IMG/VR virus record: IMGVR_UViG_3300035666_000068
Location: 1 to 38,721 of that record
Strand: one strand, 5' to 3'
DNA length: 38,721 nucleotides
DNA from: a virus
Taxonomy: Duplodnaviria > Caudoviricetes
Part shown: one piece after another, positions 7,210-14,902 of the stretch
How positions within the stretch are numbered: position 1 is the stretch's first letter
How the letters are laid out: each line of letters begins with the position of its first letter
The notes under the pieces: model-generated
What the model was told of the DNA's origin: nothing
Seen by the model: only the letters and a program-made list of their open reading frames with translations
Databases searched by the model: none
Position numbers and translations under genes: made by a program

Positions 7210-7843
7210 TCTAATCGACCTCAAGGGGAAGAAGTATCTCCAGGTAGCTGACCGGGTTCTATGGTTCCGAGAGGAGCACCCCGACTGGGGGATTGAAACC
7301 TCCTTCGAGCAACTCACAGAGCAGTTCTCTATCGCGCGCGCCACGATCCGAAACGACAAGGGTCAGATCATCTCCCAGGCTACAAAGCGGGAGGACCTAA
7401 AAGGGTTCTACGATCACACCGAGAAAGCAGAAACAGGAGCGATCGGGCGAGCACTCGCTCTCTGTGGATACGGGACACAGTTCGCGCAAGAACTAGAAGA
7501 AGGGGAGCGCATCGTTGATGGACCAAGACAACCTAAACCTAACTCTAACTTGGCTAAAGAACCGGATCGACGAGCAGGGACGGCAACTGAACTACCAAGC
7601 GCAGAAACTCCACGAGCAGCAGGGGCACATCCGAGCTCTGATGAACCTAACGGAAATCCTGATCTCATCCCATTCGGTCGGTACAAGGGCAAGAACCCTT
7701 GGGAGATTAATGAGAATGAACTTACAAATTATCTCAACCGTATTCTCGAGACTGCCGACCTATCTAATTTACGCCCGGAACAAAAAGCGACAATAACAAT
7801 CATCGGCGCACGTCTAGGCCGCACGATTAAATTTAACAAGTAG
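7169..7843 (+). CDS. Single-strand annealing recombinase (Rad52/Sak-like)
   Basis: KGKKYLQVADRV..FREEHP, EKAETGAIGRALALCGYG, C-terminal IPFGRYKGK; between Gp157 and SSB; AGGAG upstream of ATG ATG. Confidence 0.75.
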   Translation: MMDSVKTKQGTTLNLIDLKGKKYLQVADRVLWFREEHPDWGIETSFEQLTEQFSIARATIRNDKGQIISQATKREDLKGFYDHTEKAETGAIGRALALCGYGTQFAQELEEGERIVDGPRQPKPNSNLAKEPDRRAGTATELPSAETPRAAGAHPSSDEPNGNPDLIPFGRYKGKNPWEINENELTNYLNRILETADLSNLRPEQKATITIIGARLGRTIKFNK

Positions 7844-7851
7844 GAGAGAGC

Positions 7852-8211
7852 ATGTCCGCACAAATTCAATTTACTGGGAACATCGGCAAGGAACCGGAAT
7901 ATAAAACCTTCGCATCTGGGAAGTCTAAACTCTCGTTCTCCGTGGGAGTGAACGACGGGTCGAAAGCGAAGCCCCACACGACGTGGTTCAACGTCGATAT
8001 CTGGGACCCCGCACACTCACACCTGAAGAAGGGAATGCGCGTTCTCGTAATGGGACGGATCAAGCAAGAGGAGTGGCAGGGGAAGGACGGGAAAACCAAC
8101 TACATGATGCGCGTCACCGCCGAGACTGTGGAGGAAGTGATTAAGCAAGAGCGTAAAGAGCTGCCGCCTGTTCTTCAAAACGGCCCCGAAGAGCAGGACA
8201 TAATGTTTTGA
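7852..8211 (+). CDS. ssb: Single-stranded DNA-binding protein
   Basis: GNIGKEPE, TTWFNV, KGMRVLVMGRI, W..KDG, acidic tail EEQDIMF. Confidence 0.93.
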   Translation: MSAQIQFTGNIGKEPEYKTFASGKSKLSFSVGVNDGSKAKPHTTWFNVDIWDPAHSHLKKGMRVLVMGRIKQEEWQGKDGKTNYMMRVTAETVEEVIKQERKELPPVLQNGPEEQDIMF

Positions 8212-8351
8212 GCTACGGAGAAACGAAACAACCGAGGTCTTCGATAGGAGAGCCCGAGCCGGATTTCTTTTGGCAGATGTACCCAGGGCAACCGATGAGC
8301 CTTGTCGGGATACGCCAAGGGTTTGAGCATAAGTGGATAGGGGTGAGGTAA
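8208..8351 (+). CDS. Small hypothetical protein (47 aa, absent from ORF track)
   Basis: TTG overlaps ssb stop (TTGA); open to TAA 8349-8351; fills the gap. Confidence 0.4.
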   Translation: MSYGETKQPRSSIGEPEPDFFWQMYPGQPMSLVGIRQGFEHKWIGVR

Positions 8352-8357
8352 TTAACT

Positions 8358-8627
8358 ATGAGTGACCTCACGGCATACGCGTTTTGCTTATTTATTGGGA
8401 TGGTATTGGCTTTTGTTTTTTACCTTTTAATCGAACGCGTAATACCAAGTTTTAAATGTCCTGAATTACCGATAATATTACCCCTAGAAAAATGTTGTGA
8501 GAGGGAAGAAAACTCATACGAGGACGACTCAGATTGCGTGGTCTGCCGCTCATGTAAAGAATGGACATGCGAGGTTAAGTGCCGCGCGTGTGGGAATGTA
8601 ATATTTCAATCCGCGTGTTGCGGGTAG
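8358..8627 (+). CDS. Membrane-anchored Cys-rich protein
   Basis: GAGG upstream; N-terminal TM helix; multiple CxxC and CC. Confidence 0.65.
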   Translation: MSDLTAYAFCLFIGMVLAFVFYLLIERVIPSFKCPELPIILPLEKCCEREENSYEDDSDCVVCRSCKEWTCEVKCRACGNVIFQSACCG

Positions 8628-8635
8628 GAGAGCCT

Positions 8636-8839
8636 ATCACTTTACCGGACGAGAGAGCCCGTTCTCTGAAGTGGGCTAAAGAATTTCTGCGCTCGCTATG
8701 CGACCCAAAGCAAACGCCACGGGTTCCAAGAGCGGTGCGTATGCGCGCGAGGGATGTGCTTCGGCATTGGCCGTTTGAGCACGAGTTAGAAGATGCATTG
8801 AAGCGTTCGAAGTATTTTAAAGTGGAGGAAGAGAAGTGA
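8636..8839 (+). CDS. BPSL0761-family-like phage protein
   Basis: TLPDER.R......EFL..L.DP..TPRVP..VR.RAR..LRHWP; AGGAG precedes ATC 8636; start uncertain. Confidence 0.65.
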   Translation: MTLPDERARSLKWAKEFLRSLCDPKQTPRVPRAVRMRARDVLRHWPFEHELEDALKRSKYFKVEEEK

Positions 8840-9516
8840 ACTTAGTTGCTATTACAGAACTTATTCAAAACGAGATCTCTAAAGAGACCGACGACTCCAA
8901 AAAGCTTGAAGCTATAAATGAAATCAAATCTTTTTTGCACGAGCTTAGCCCACTAAAGAGCGAGCCAGTAAACAACGTCCAATGGATTCCTGGACACCTG
9001 CTCGACGCGAACGATTACAACCCAAACTCTGTCGCCCCCGTTGAAATGAAGCTGCTCGAGCACTCAATCAGAGAAGACGGATACACTCAGCCTATTGTCG
9101 CCTGGCGTAAAGATGATGGCCGTTTCGAGGTTGTGGACGGCTTCCATCGAAACAGAGTTGGGAAAGAGTCAAAGGTAGTTTCCAGCCGAGTAAAAGGCTT
9201 TTTGCCGATCGTAGTGATCAACTCTGCACGCGCAGACAAGTCGGATCGAATTGCCTCAACGATTCGCCACAATCGTGCGCGGGGAAAGCACGCGGTCAAC
9301 TCGATGAGTGACATTGTCGTTGACCTAAAAAAACGCAACTGGAGCGATGAAAAAATAGGGCGGGAGCTCGGTATGGACCCGGATGAGGTCCTGCGTCTGG
9401 CTCAAATCAGCGGGCTTGCAGAGATGTTTGCAAATCGCGAATTCTCAAAAGCCTGGGTCGCAAATTCAATTAATGAGTCCGACACACTCCAAGATTTTAC
9501 GGAGGTTGCAGAATGA
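8836..9516 (+). CDS. ibrB: ParB/Srx-domain protein, IbrB (YbdM)-like
   Basis: ANDYNPNSVAPVEMKLLEHSIREDGYTQPIV, VVDGFHR, ASTIRHNRARGKH, C-terminal HTH IGRELGMDPDEVLRL. Confidence 0.88.
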   Translation: MNLVAITELIQNEISKETDDSKKLEAINEIKSFLHELSPLKSEPVNNVQWIPGHLLDANDYNPNSVAPVEMKLLEHSIREDGYTQPIVAWRKDDGRFEVVDGFHRNRVGKESKVVSSRVKGFLPIVVINSARADKSDRIASTIRHNRARGKHAVNSMSDIVVDLKKRNWSDEKIGRELGMDPDEVLRLAQISGLAEMFANREFSKAWVANSINESDTLQDFTEVAE

Positions 9517-9926
9517 ACGAAGAGATTAAACGGTTTTATTTCCCTTACACAGAATGGGAGTGCTTCAACGCCGGAATGTATGACACTCGGCTTAAGTTTT
9601 TAGATGAGCAGCAAGTGATTCAGGAGTGCGTCGATATGCTGTCGTGTCCGAACTATCTGCAAGAATCGATGCTATTTGTCACGCATCACTGGGTAAAATC
9701 TGCGCATCAACACCTCAGTAATACAGCGCGGAATCGGCAGGCGTATCTTGGGCAGACCGCAAGCTGTTGGGCTCATGGTGCTCCAGAGTTTATCACTAAG
9801 CGCGCATGGAACGAATTGACACCTGAGCAACAGAGGGCCGCGAACGATGTTGCGGATTACGTTATTGCAGACTGGGAAGAAAAAATGAAAACGGGATATT
9901 GGAAGCGTGTCAAAAACATATCTTGA
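9513..9926 (+). CDS. Trp-rich hypothetical protein between ibrB and ibrA
   Basis: Overlaps both neighbours; WECFNAGMY, NRQAYLGQ, AWNELT. Confidence 0.8.
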   Translation: MNEEIKRFYFPYTEWECFNAGMYDTRLKFLDEQQVIQECVDMLSCPNYLQESMLFVTHHWVKSAHQHLSNTARNRQAYLGQTASCWAHGAPEFITKRAWNELTPEQQRAANDVADYVIADWEEKMKTGYWKRVKNIS

Positions 9927-11130
9927 GCAGGATGTTCTAAGCGCCGCAAAAGAACGGATCGAAAAAACATTCGATGAGTTTGAGCGCGTTTATGTGAGCT
10001 TTTCTGCTGGTAAAGACTCGACCGTAATGCTTGGGCTTGTCGCTGAAGAAGCCCGAAAGCGCGGAAGAAAGTTTGGTCTTCTGTTTATTGATCTAGAAGG
10101 TCAGTACAAACTCACGATTGATCACGCAGAGCGAACCTTTAAAGAGCTAGCAGACTGCATCGAGCCTTACTGGGTATGCCTGCCAATCCACCTTCGCAAC
10201 GCAGTCTCGGTTTATGAGCCCTTCTGGGTATGTTGGGAAAAAGATAAGCGGGACCTTTGGATTAGAGATCTCCCTGAACAAGCGATCTCGGATGAATCGT
10301 TTTTTCCGTTTTTCAAACACGGCATGGAGTTCGAAGAGTTTGTCCCTGAGTTTGGCGAGTGGTACTCCCAAGGAAAAAGAACCGCATGCTTAGTCGGAAT
10401 TCGCGCCAATGAATCACTGAACCGATTTCGCACAATCGCAAGCCGGTCCAAGATTAGATTTAAAGATTACCAGTGGACAACGAAGGTCACCGAGAACACC
10501 TATAACGTATATCCGATTTACGATTGGACAACAGCGGATCTTTGGACCTGGCACGCAAAATCCGGCGCACCTCACAACGAGCTGTACGATCGGATGTATC
10601 AAGCGGGGCTTTCAATTCATCAGATGCGTATTTGTCAGCCTTATGGGGATGATCAACGGCGCGGACTTTGGCTCTTTCACCTACTTGAACCGCAAACGTG
10701 GGCGAAGGTTGTCTACCGCGTAAATGGAGCAAACGGAGGGGCGCTCTACGTCAAGGAATGGGGAAACATCAACGGGTATCGCACGGTGAATAAACCAAAG
10801 GGACACACCTGGAAGTCATTCGCCACACTACTCATTGAATCAATGCCTCCGCAGACGAAGGAGCACTATCGCGCGAAGATTTTTGTCTTCAATGAATTCT
10901 GGAAGACGCGCGGATATCCTGACGGCATCCCTGACGAAGGAGACTATGCGCTTGAAGTAAAACGCCAGATCCCTTCCTGGCGGCGCATTTGTAAGTCACT
11001 CCTTCGAAATGATTTCTGGTGTAAGGGTTTAAGCTTTACACAACACAAGAGCGACGCATACAAAGCATATCTTGAAAGAATAAAGAAGAAGGCTGAAGCC
11101 GCCGGAGTTCAAATGGAGGCAGTGCTTTAA
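9907..11130 (+). CDS. ibrA: PAPS-reductase-like PP-loop protein with DUF3440-type tail, IbrA (YbdN)-like
   Basis: SFSAGKDS, VGIRANESLNR, YPIYDW, MRICQPY, SWRRICK.LLRNDFWCKGLSF. Confidence 0.88.
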   Translation: MSKTYLEQDVLSAAKERIEKTFDEFERVYVSFSAGKDSTVMLGLVAEEARKRGRKFGLLFIDLEGQYKLTIDHAERTFKELADCIEPYWVCLPIHLRNAVSVYEPFWVCWEKDKRDLWIRDLPEQAISDESFFPFFKHGMEFEEFVPEFGEWYSQGKRTACLVGIRANESLNRFRTIASRSKIRFKDYQWTTKVTENTYNVYPIYDWTTADLWTWHAKSGAPHNELYDRMYQAGLSIHQMRICQPYGDDQRRGLWLFHLLEPQTWAKVVYRVNGANGGALYVKEWGNINGYRTVNKPKGHTWKSFATLLIESMPPQTKEHYRAKIFVFNEFWKTRGYPDGIPDEGDYALEVKRQIPSWRRICKSLLRNDFWCKGLSFTQHKSDAYKAYLERIKKKAEAAGVQMEAVL

Positions 11131-11175
11131 ATGAACACCCAGTAAGTCACCGAAAAAGTAACATACTGGATAAAG

Positions 11176-11310
11176 TTTCCCGCAAGGAAATGCGAGCGGC
11201 GGCGTCATACGCGGATGGATTGGCACAAAGGGATTGATCACCCTGTCTATGAACGGGACGTACTTCCAAGCCGGTCGGATCGGGTAGCTCCTGCAACCGG
11301 CCCGCTCGTA
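11176..11310 (+). ncRNA. Candidate structured non-coding RNA (multi-stem junction)
   Basis: 9-bp closing stem 11191-11199/11302-11310, adjoining stem 11270-11275/11296-11301, internal hairpins, upstream GCAA hairpin. Confidence 0.5.
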
Positions 11311-11331
11311 CAAAAAAGAGGAGATGAGAGA

Positions 11332-11481
11332 ATGAGATGGGAAGAAGCGATCATGAAAGCCATAAATGAACTTAACGAAAAAAATCCAGAGTATTCTTCG
11401 GCTTACTTAGCGCTGCTGCTTCGCGCTGGGCAACTCACAACTTATACCGAAAAATGCGATAAGTGCGGAAGTGGCGGATGA
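11332..11481 (+). CDS. Small hypothetical protein with C-terminal CxxC
   Basis: GAGGAG upstream of ATG 11332, which is a more likely start than 11215. Confidence 0.5.
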   Translation: MRWEEAIMKAINELNEKNPEYSSAYLALLLRAGQLTTYTEKCDKCGSGG

Positions 11482-11711
11482 CCCCCACCCTCATCGACTT
11501 AATCAAAGCTGCGCGGGACGAAGATGATGCAGCTCTTGAGTACATGTGGCACCGACTCGCGCCTGCGCTCATTTGCGCGGTGGAGGCGCTTGAGGAAATA
11601 TCGAGGTTCCACCATGAGCCTGACCCTACTGAGACTCCATTTCAAAATGAGGCTTATCAAGCCCTAGTCCGCATCCGGGAAATGCTCGAAGGAAAGGAGC
11701 CCAAGGTTTGA
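11478..11711 (+). CDS. Hypothetical protein
   Basis: ATGA overlap with upstream ORF; helical composition. Confidence 0.6.
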   Translation: MTPTLIDLIKAARDEDDAALEYMWHRLAPALICAVEALEEISRFHHEPDPTETPFQNEAYQALVRIREMLEGKEPKV

Positions 11712-11758
11712 TTTCTCCCCCGACCTATCGGACACTGACTCCTAATAGGAGATACACA

Positions 11759-12091
11759 ATGCGTTACTTTATCGGATGCGTCATGTTCATGTTGTGCGGT
11801 CAGTCTGAGGCCGGTTCTGTGAAGCTCATGCTCGAGCCCGCCCTGATCGGTAAGGAAGTCTACATGTCCGGTGGAATTAATATCCACGAGTCGGTCAATC
11901 AACTCTTAGGCGTGAACGTCTACGCAGGGGTCGAAGCTGACCAGATGAAAACCTTCAGCATGCAACCCACCGAGATGGCGGAAGTCAAAGCAGTCATGGG
12001 CTACGAGAAGATTTCCGTTCAGCCAGGTGTCCGTTATTTCAATAAGAATCAAAATGTTGTGGGATTCATCCGCCTAGAGTACAAGCTCTAA
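11759..12091 (+). CDS. Exported small beta-strand protein, possible outer-membrane protein
   Basis: TAGGAG RBS; signal peptide ending SEA; alternating hydrophobic strands; C-terminus FIRLEYKL. Confidence 0.6.
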   Translation: MRYFIGCVMFMLCGQSEAGSVKLMLEPALIGKEVYMSGGINIHESVNQLLGVNVYAGVEADQMKTFSMQPTEMAEVKAVMGYEKISVQPGVRYFNKNQNVVGFIRLEYKL

Positions 12092-12459
12092 GCATCCTTG
12101 AAATGCTCCAGGTCCGGGGGTGCTTGTTCAGGCTCCCGGATTAGTGCCTTTAAAACATCCTCTACACCCCTCGCTACAAACGCGATCCCGCCATGGGATT
12201 TAAACTCTTCGATAAACTCAATCTGTTCCTTACTCACCACACCATCGGACTTCTTCACTTCCACAGCGAGTGGTCGACCTCTCCAGATCCCTAGAATATC
12301 CGGCACACCTTTACGGTAGTAGGCAGAACGGTGAGTCGCCCGAGTGTGATTCGTGTTCCTCCAGACCATGCACTTCGGTTGTGCAGAGAGGAAATCGAGG
12401 ATCTCTTTAACGAGTGGAATTTCCGATTCTCTCGAGGATTTGATCTTGTTTATTCTCAA
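12088..12459 (-). CDS. VRR-NUC domain nuclease (Holliday junction resolvase-like)
   Basis: GVPDILG...AVEVK...SKEQIEF......GG.AFVARGVEDV. Confidence 0.88.
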   Translation of the reverse strand: MRINKIKSSRESEIPLVKEILDFLSAQPKCMVWRNTNHTRATHRSAYYRKGVPDILGIWRGRPLAVEVKKSDGVVSKEQIEFIEEFKSHGGIAFVARGVEDVLKALIREPEQAPPDLEHFKDA

Positions 12460-12619
12460 TCCGCTCGAGCCTCTTCTCGATTCTAGCTTCTATCTTCTCG
12501 GCGTCCTTAGCCGTTTGGAAATTAGCGTACACAAAAGAAGTCATGGTGACCGCTGCAATTAACGTGGCCGCAGTCCAGGCAATCCATTGCCGCATTGAGA
12601 AGGGATTCCATTCCCGCAT
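12407..12619 (-). CDS. Single-TM coiled-coil protein, holin candidate
   Basis: TM helix WIAWTAATLIAAVTMTSFVYA then coiled coil; end of lysis cassette. Confidence 0.55.
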   Translation of the reverse strand: MREWNPFSMRQWIAWTAATLIAAVTMTSFVYANFQTAKDAEKIEARIEKRLERIENKQDQILERIGNSTR

Positions 12620-12624
12620 AGAAT

Positions 12625-12894
12625 TTAACTACCCTGTTCGCAGGATTTAAGCCGTTCCTTGAGGTTGATGATATCGGAGTTCATTCTCTCCCATTCAGCG
12701 GTAAGGACGACGCGGCACTTATCGAGGTTCTGCGCATCGGGCTGGCAGGTGGAAACGGGAATATCTTCGGAAGGCTTACGACCTTTAAGAGTCCCATCCC
12801 AAACAGGGAGATCCATGATGTAGGACGTGTACGCCACAGACGCACACGAGGTCAGGAGAGCGCAGAACGCGAAACCTAGGATGAATTGCTTCAT
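12625..12894 (-). CDS. Lipoprotein, o-spanin candidate
   Basis: Lipobox LTSC after hydrophobic core; in lysis cassette. Confidence 0.7.
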   Translation of the reverse strand: MKQFILGFAFCALLTSCASVAYTSYIMDLPVWDGTLKGRKPSEDIPVSTCQPDAQNLDKCRVVLTAEWERMNSDIINLKERLKSCEQGS

Positions 12895-13052
12895 GGTCTC
12901 CCCGACTTCTTAGCTTCTTCTAAATCCTTACGGAGCTTCTCTAACTCCGACTCGATCTTCTGTGTTGGAGTCTTAGTAAACCACCGATCGAGAATAGGTA
13001 GGGCCTTAATGATTGCCATCAGTGCGGATGCGATACCTGAAATCCAGCCCAT
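12891..13052 (-). CDS. i-spanin candidate (53 aa, absent from ORF track)
   Basis: MGWISGIASALMAIIKALPILDRWFTKTPTQKIESELEKLRKDLEEAKKSGRP; hydrophobic N-terminus plus coiled coil; ATGA overlap with lipoprotein. Confidence 0.6.
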   Translation of the reverse strand: MGWISGIASALMAIIKALPILDRWFTKTPTQKIESELEKLRKDLEEAKKSGRP

Positions 13053-13067
13053 AAGGCCCCCCGGAGA

Positions 13068-13337
13068 TTAAATCTTCTTGATAACTTCAGCGATAGGCAG
13101 AGCAACGGCTGCGATGAACGCGCCTTTGTCTTCTGCGATCTCACCCTTGATTTGATCCACACCCTGCAGAGCAGGAGGGAGAATTGCAATTGCAGCGACC
13201 ACGATCGCAGGAAGGTCTTGACCCGGCTGCCAGCCGTCCGCAGTTGCTTGCTTCACAGCATCCACCACAGAGGCGAGACCCATTCCGAGCTCGTACATTT
13301 CCTTAGATACTTCGACTTGAACCATTTGCTTTGCCAT
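13068..13337 (-). CDS. Hydrophobic lysis-cassette protein (holin-like?)
   Basis: AGGAG upstream; two moderately hydrophobic segments; follows endolysin. Confidence 0.6.
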   Translation of the reverse strand: MAKQMVQVEVSKEMYELGMGLASVVDAVKQATADGWQPGQDLPAIVVAAIAILPPALQGVDQIKGEIAEDKGAFIAAVALPIAEVIKKI

Positions 13338-13363
13338 AAAAACCTATCTCCTAGTTTAGGTGT

Positions 13364-13801
13364 TTAAGTGTAAATAACAACCGCCCTAAAATCACCCGTT
13401 AAGTACCAGTAAAGCAAGCGCTTTGGGTCGATATTAGGACAGGTCTTTCCCTGTACTTTGGCGGTGTCGAACTCGTGATGACAGAAGAGATTCCACTGAA
13501 GCCAGTTGTGGCAGCGGCGCATATCTTCCAAGGTAGAATGGAGAACGTCGAACTGCGCCTTAGAAAACTTATCCGTTCCAACGAGGCAGATCCCGATGTT
13601 CCCCTCGTTGTGACCTTTGACGTGCGCGCCCTTCTGATTAAGCCCCCGAGTGTGTACCCTAGTTCCGTCGGGTTGGATGACCACGTGATAGCCGCAGCCA
13701 CCGAAGCCCTTAGCGATATGGTCCTTGGTCATTGCATCAATGCTGATCGTCTTCCCGTTCGGAGTAGCTGAACAGTGGATAGTGACCTTCTCGACTTTCA
13801 T
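13364..13801 (-). CDS. Endolysin, N-acetylmuramoyl-L-alanine amidase (T7 lysozyme-like)
   Basis: IHCSAT, GYHVVI, GAHVKGHN, IGICLVG, HHE...KTCP Zn ligands. Confidence 0.93.
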   Translation of the reverse strand: MKVEKVTIHCSATPNGKTISIDAMTKDHIAKGFGGCGYHVVIQPDGTRVHTRGLNQKGAHVKGHNEGNIGICLVGTDKFSKAQFDVLHSTLEDMRRCHNWLQWNLFCHHEFDTAKVQGKTCPNIDPKRLLYWYLTGDFRAVVIYT

Positions 13802-13863
13802 CGAATAAGTACTCCGCAGATCACTCCCACAGAGAAGATTAAAATCATGTGCTCAATGTCCAT
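13798..13863 (-). CDS. 21-aa hydrophobic micro-peptide coupled to endolysin
   Basis: MDIEHMILIFSVGVICGVLIR; TAATG overlap upstream and ATGA overlap downstream. Confidence 0.5.
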   Translation of the reverse strand: MDIEHMILIFSVGVICGVLIR

Positions 13864-14387
13864 TATGCGGGGAAGATAGAGATAGCGTAGGTTGAATCGC
13901 CAGTGGTGTCGATCGTGTCTCCAGCCTTAAGCCAGATTTGACCGTTCTGCGGACCTGACTGACCTTGGACTATCCCTACAATTTTTAAATAAAGCGCGGC
14001 GCTCGCTGCGTATGTAGCCGCGACCTTGTCACCTGCGTGAAGGAAAATTGTTCCATAGTTATTTATTGAAGTTAACGAAACTCCACTTCCAGAAATACCA
14101 CTAGCGTGCGTAACGCTAATTCCACTTAATGAAGAAGAGCTTGCTCCAGTTGAAACAGTGTAGTGACCAGATTCACTAACTGTAAGTTCAACTGATGTTG
14201 AAGAGGCGGTTGCTGACTGAGTGACAAATCTCCCACCACGCAGCCACGTCGTAGAGTTGATCGTTACGTTTCCGTTGAACGCCGAAGCGCTCACGAATCC
14301 GTACTTACCGGATGGGATTGAGTACGAGCCTGACCCTACTTGTACGCTCTCAGGATTCCCTAGAAAACCAAATGTTGCTGACGGCAT
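13863..14387 (-). CDS. Ser/Gly/Thr-rich tail tip or receptor-binding protein
   Basis: Beta-rich composition, GAGG RBS, end of tail module. Confidence 0.6.
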   Translation of the reverse strand: MPSATFGFLGNPESVQVGSGSYSIPSGKYGFVSASAFNGNVTINSTTWLRGGRFVTQSATASSTSVELTVSESGHYTVSTGASSSSLSGISVTHASGISGSGVSLTSINNYGTIFLHAGDKVAATYAASAALYLKIVGIVQGQSGPQNGQIWLKAGDTIDTTGDSTYAISIFPA

Positions 14388-14395
14388 ATATCCTC

Positions 14396-14893
14396 TTAGG
14401 TGTAGACGTACTCTAGGTTGAAATCAAACCCCACGCCTACTGTTTGAACTGCAGTAATATCTAAACGGATCAAATCTCCAGCGAGGAGGGAGGTCACCCC
14501 GATCACGGCGTTAGTGCTGAGCGCGTAATCCCCCGCAGTGTACGCCACCGATGGGCGGGTCGAGAAGATGGTGGTCCAAGACCCAGCCCCACGCTTATAC
14601 TTGATGTCGATCTCTACGGACCCGGCAGTCCCTGCGGTCTGTGCGATGAGCCGCGCCCCTTGGACTGTGATGTTGTTTGAGATACGGGTGAACATCACTT
14701 CGTTTTGTGGACCCTTCAAAGAGTAAGGACCTGCGGCGTTAAACTCTACGACTAGGATCGCGTTGACTGAGTTTTCTAGAGAAACAATCCTCGACTCATG
14801 GTCGTCGAAGTTGTCCTTCATCTTTTGGAACAGCTCTTTCGCGGTGGGTTCCCCGACCTGGATCTGAGCCGTAGTGATCGCCGTAAAAGCCAT
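14396..14893 (-). CDS. Tail fibre/baseplate accessory protein
   Basis: Short N-terminal coiled coil (DHESRIVSLEN) plus beta-sandwich ending AGDLIRLDI. Confidence 0.65.
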   Translation of the reverse strand: MAFTAITTAQIQVGEPTAKELFQKMKDNFDDHESRIVSLENSVNAILVVEFNAAGPYSLKGPQNEVMFTRISNNITVQGARLIAQTAGTAGSVEIDIKYKRGAGSWTTIFSTRPSVAYTAGDYALSTNAVIGVTSLLAGDLIRLDITAVQTVGVGFDFNLEYVYT

Positions 14894-14902
14894 AGATAAA
14901 CC

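Noticed and set aside
8836-9516. Plasmid partition ParB
   Set aside because: No ParA or parS array seen; motifs are IbrB-type
9907-11130. cysH auxiliary metabolic gene for sulfate assimilation
   Set aside because: Length, DUF3440-type C-terminus and ParB partner match IbrA/YbdN; the CysH ECGLH end is absent
11191-11313. Canonical tRNA gene
   Set aside because: No TTCGA T-loop, no 7-nt anticodon loop, too long; kept only as an ncRNA candidate
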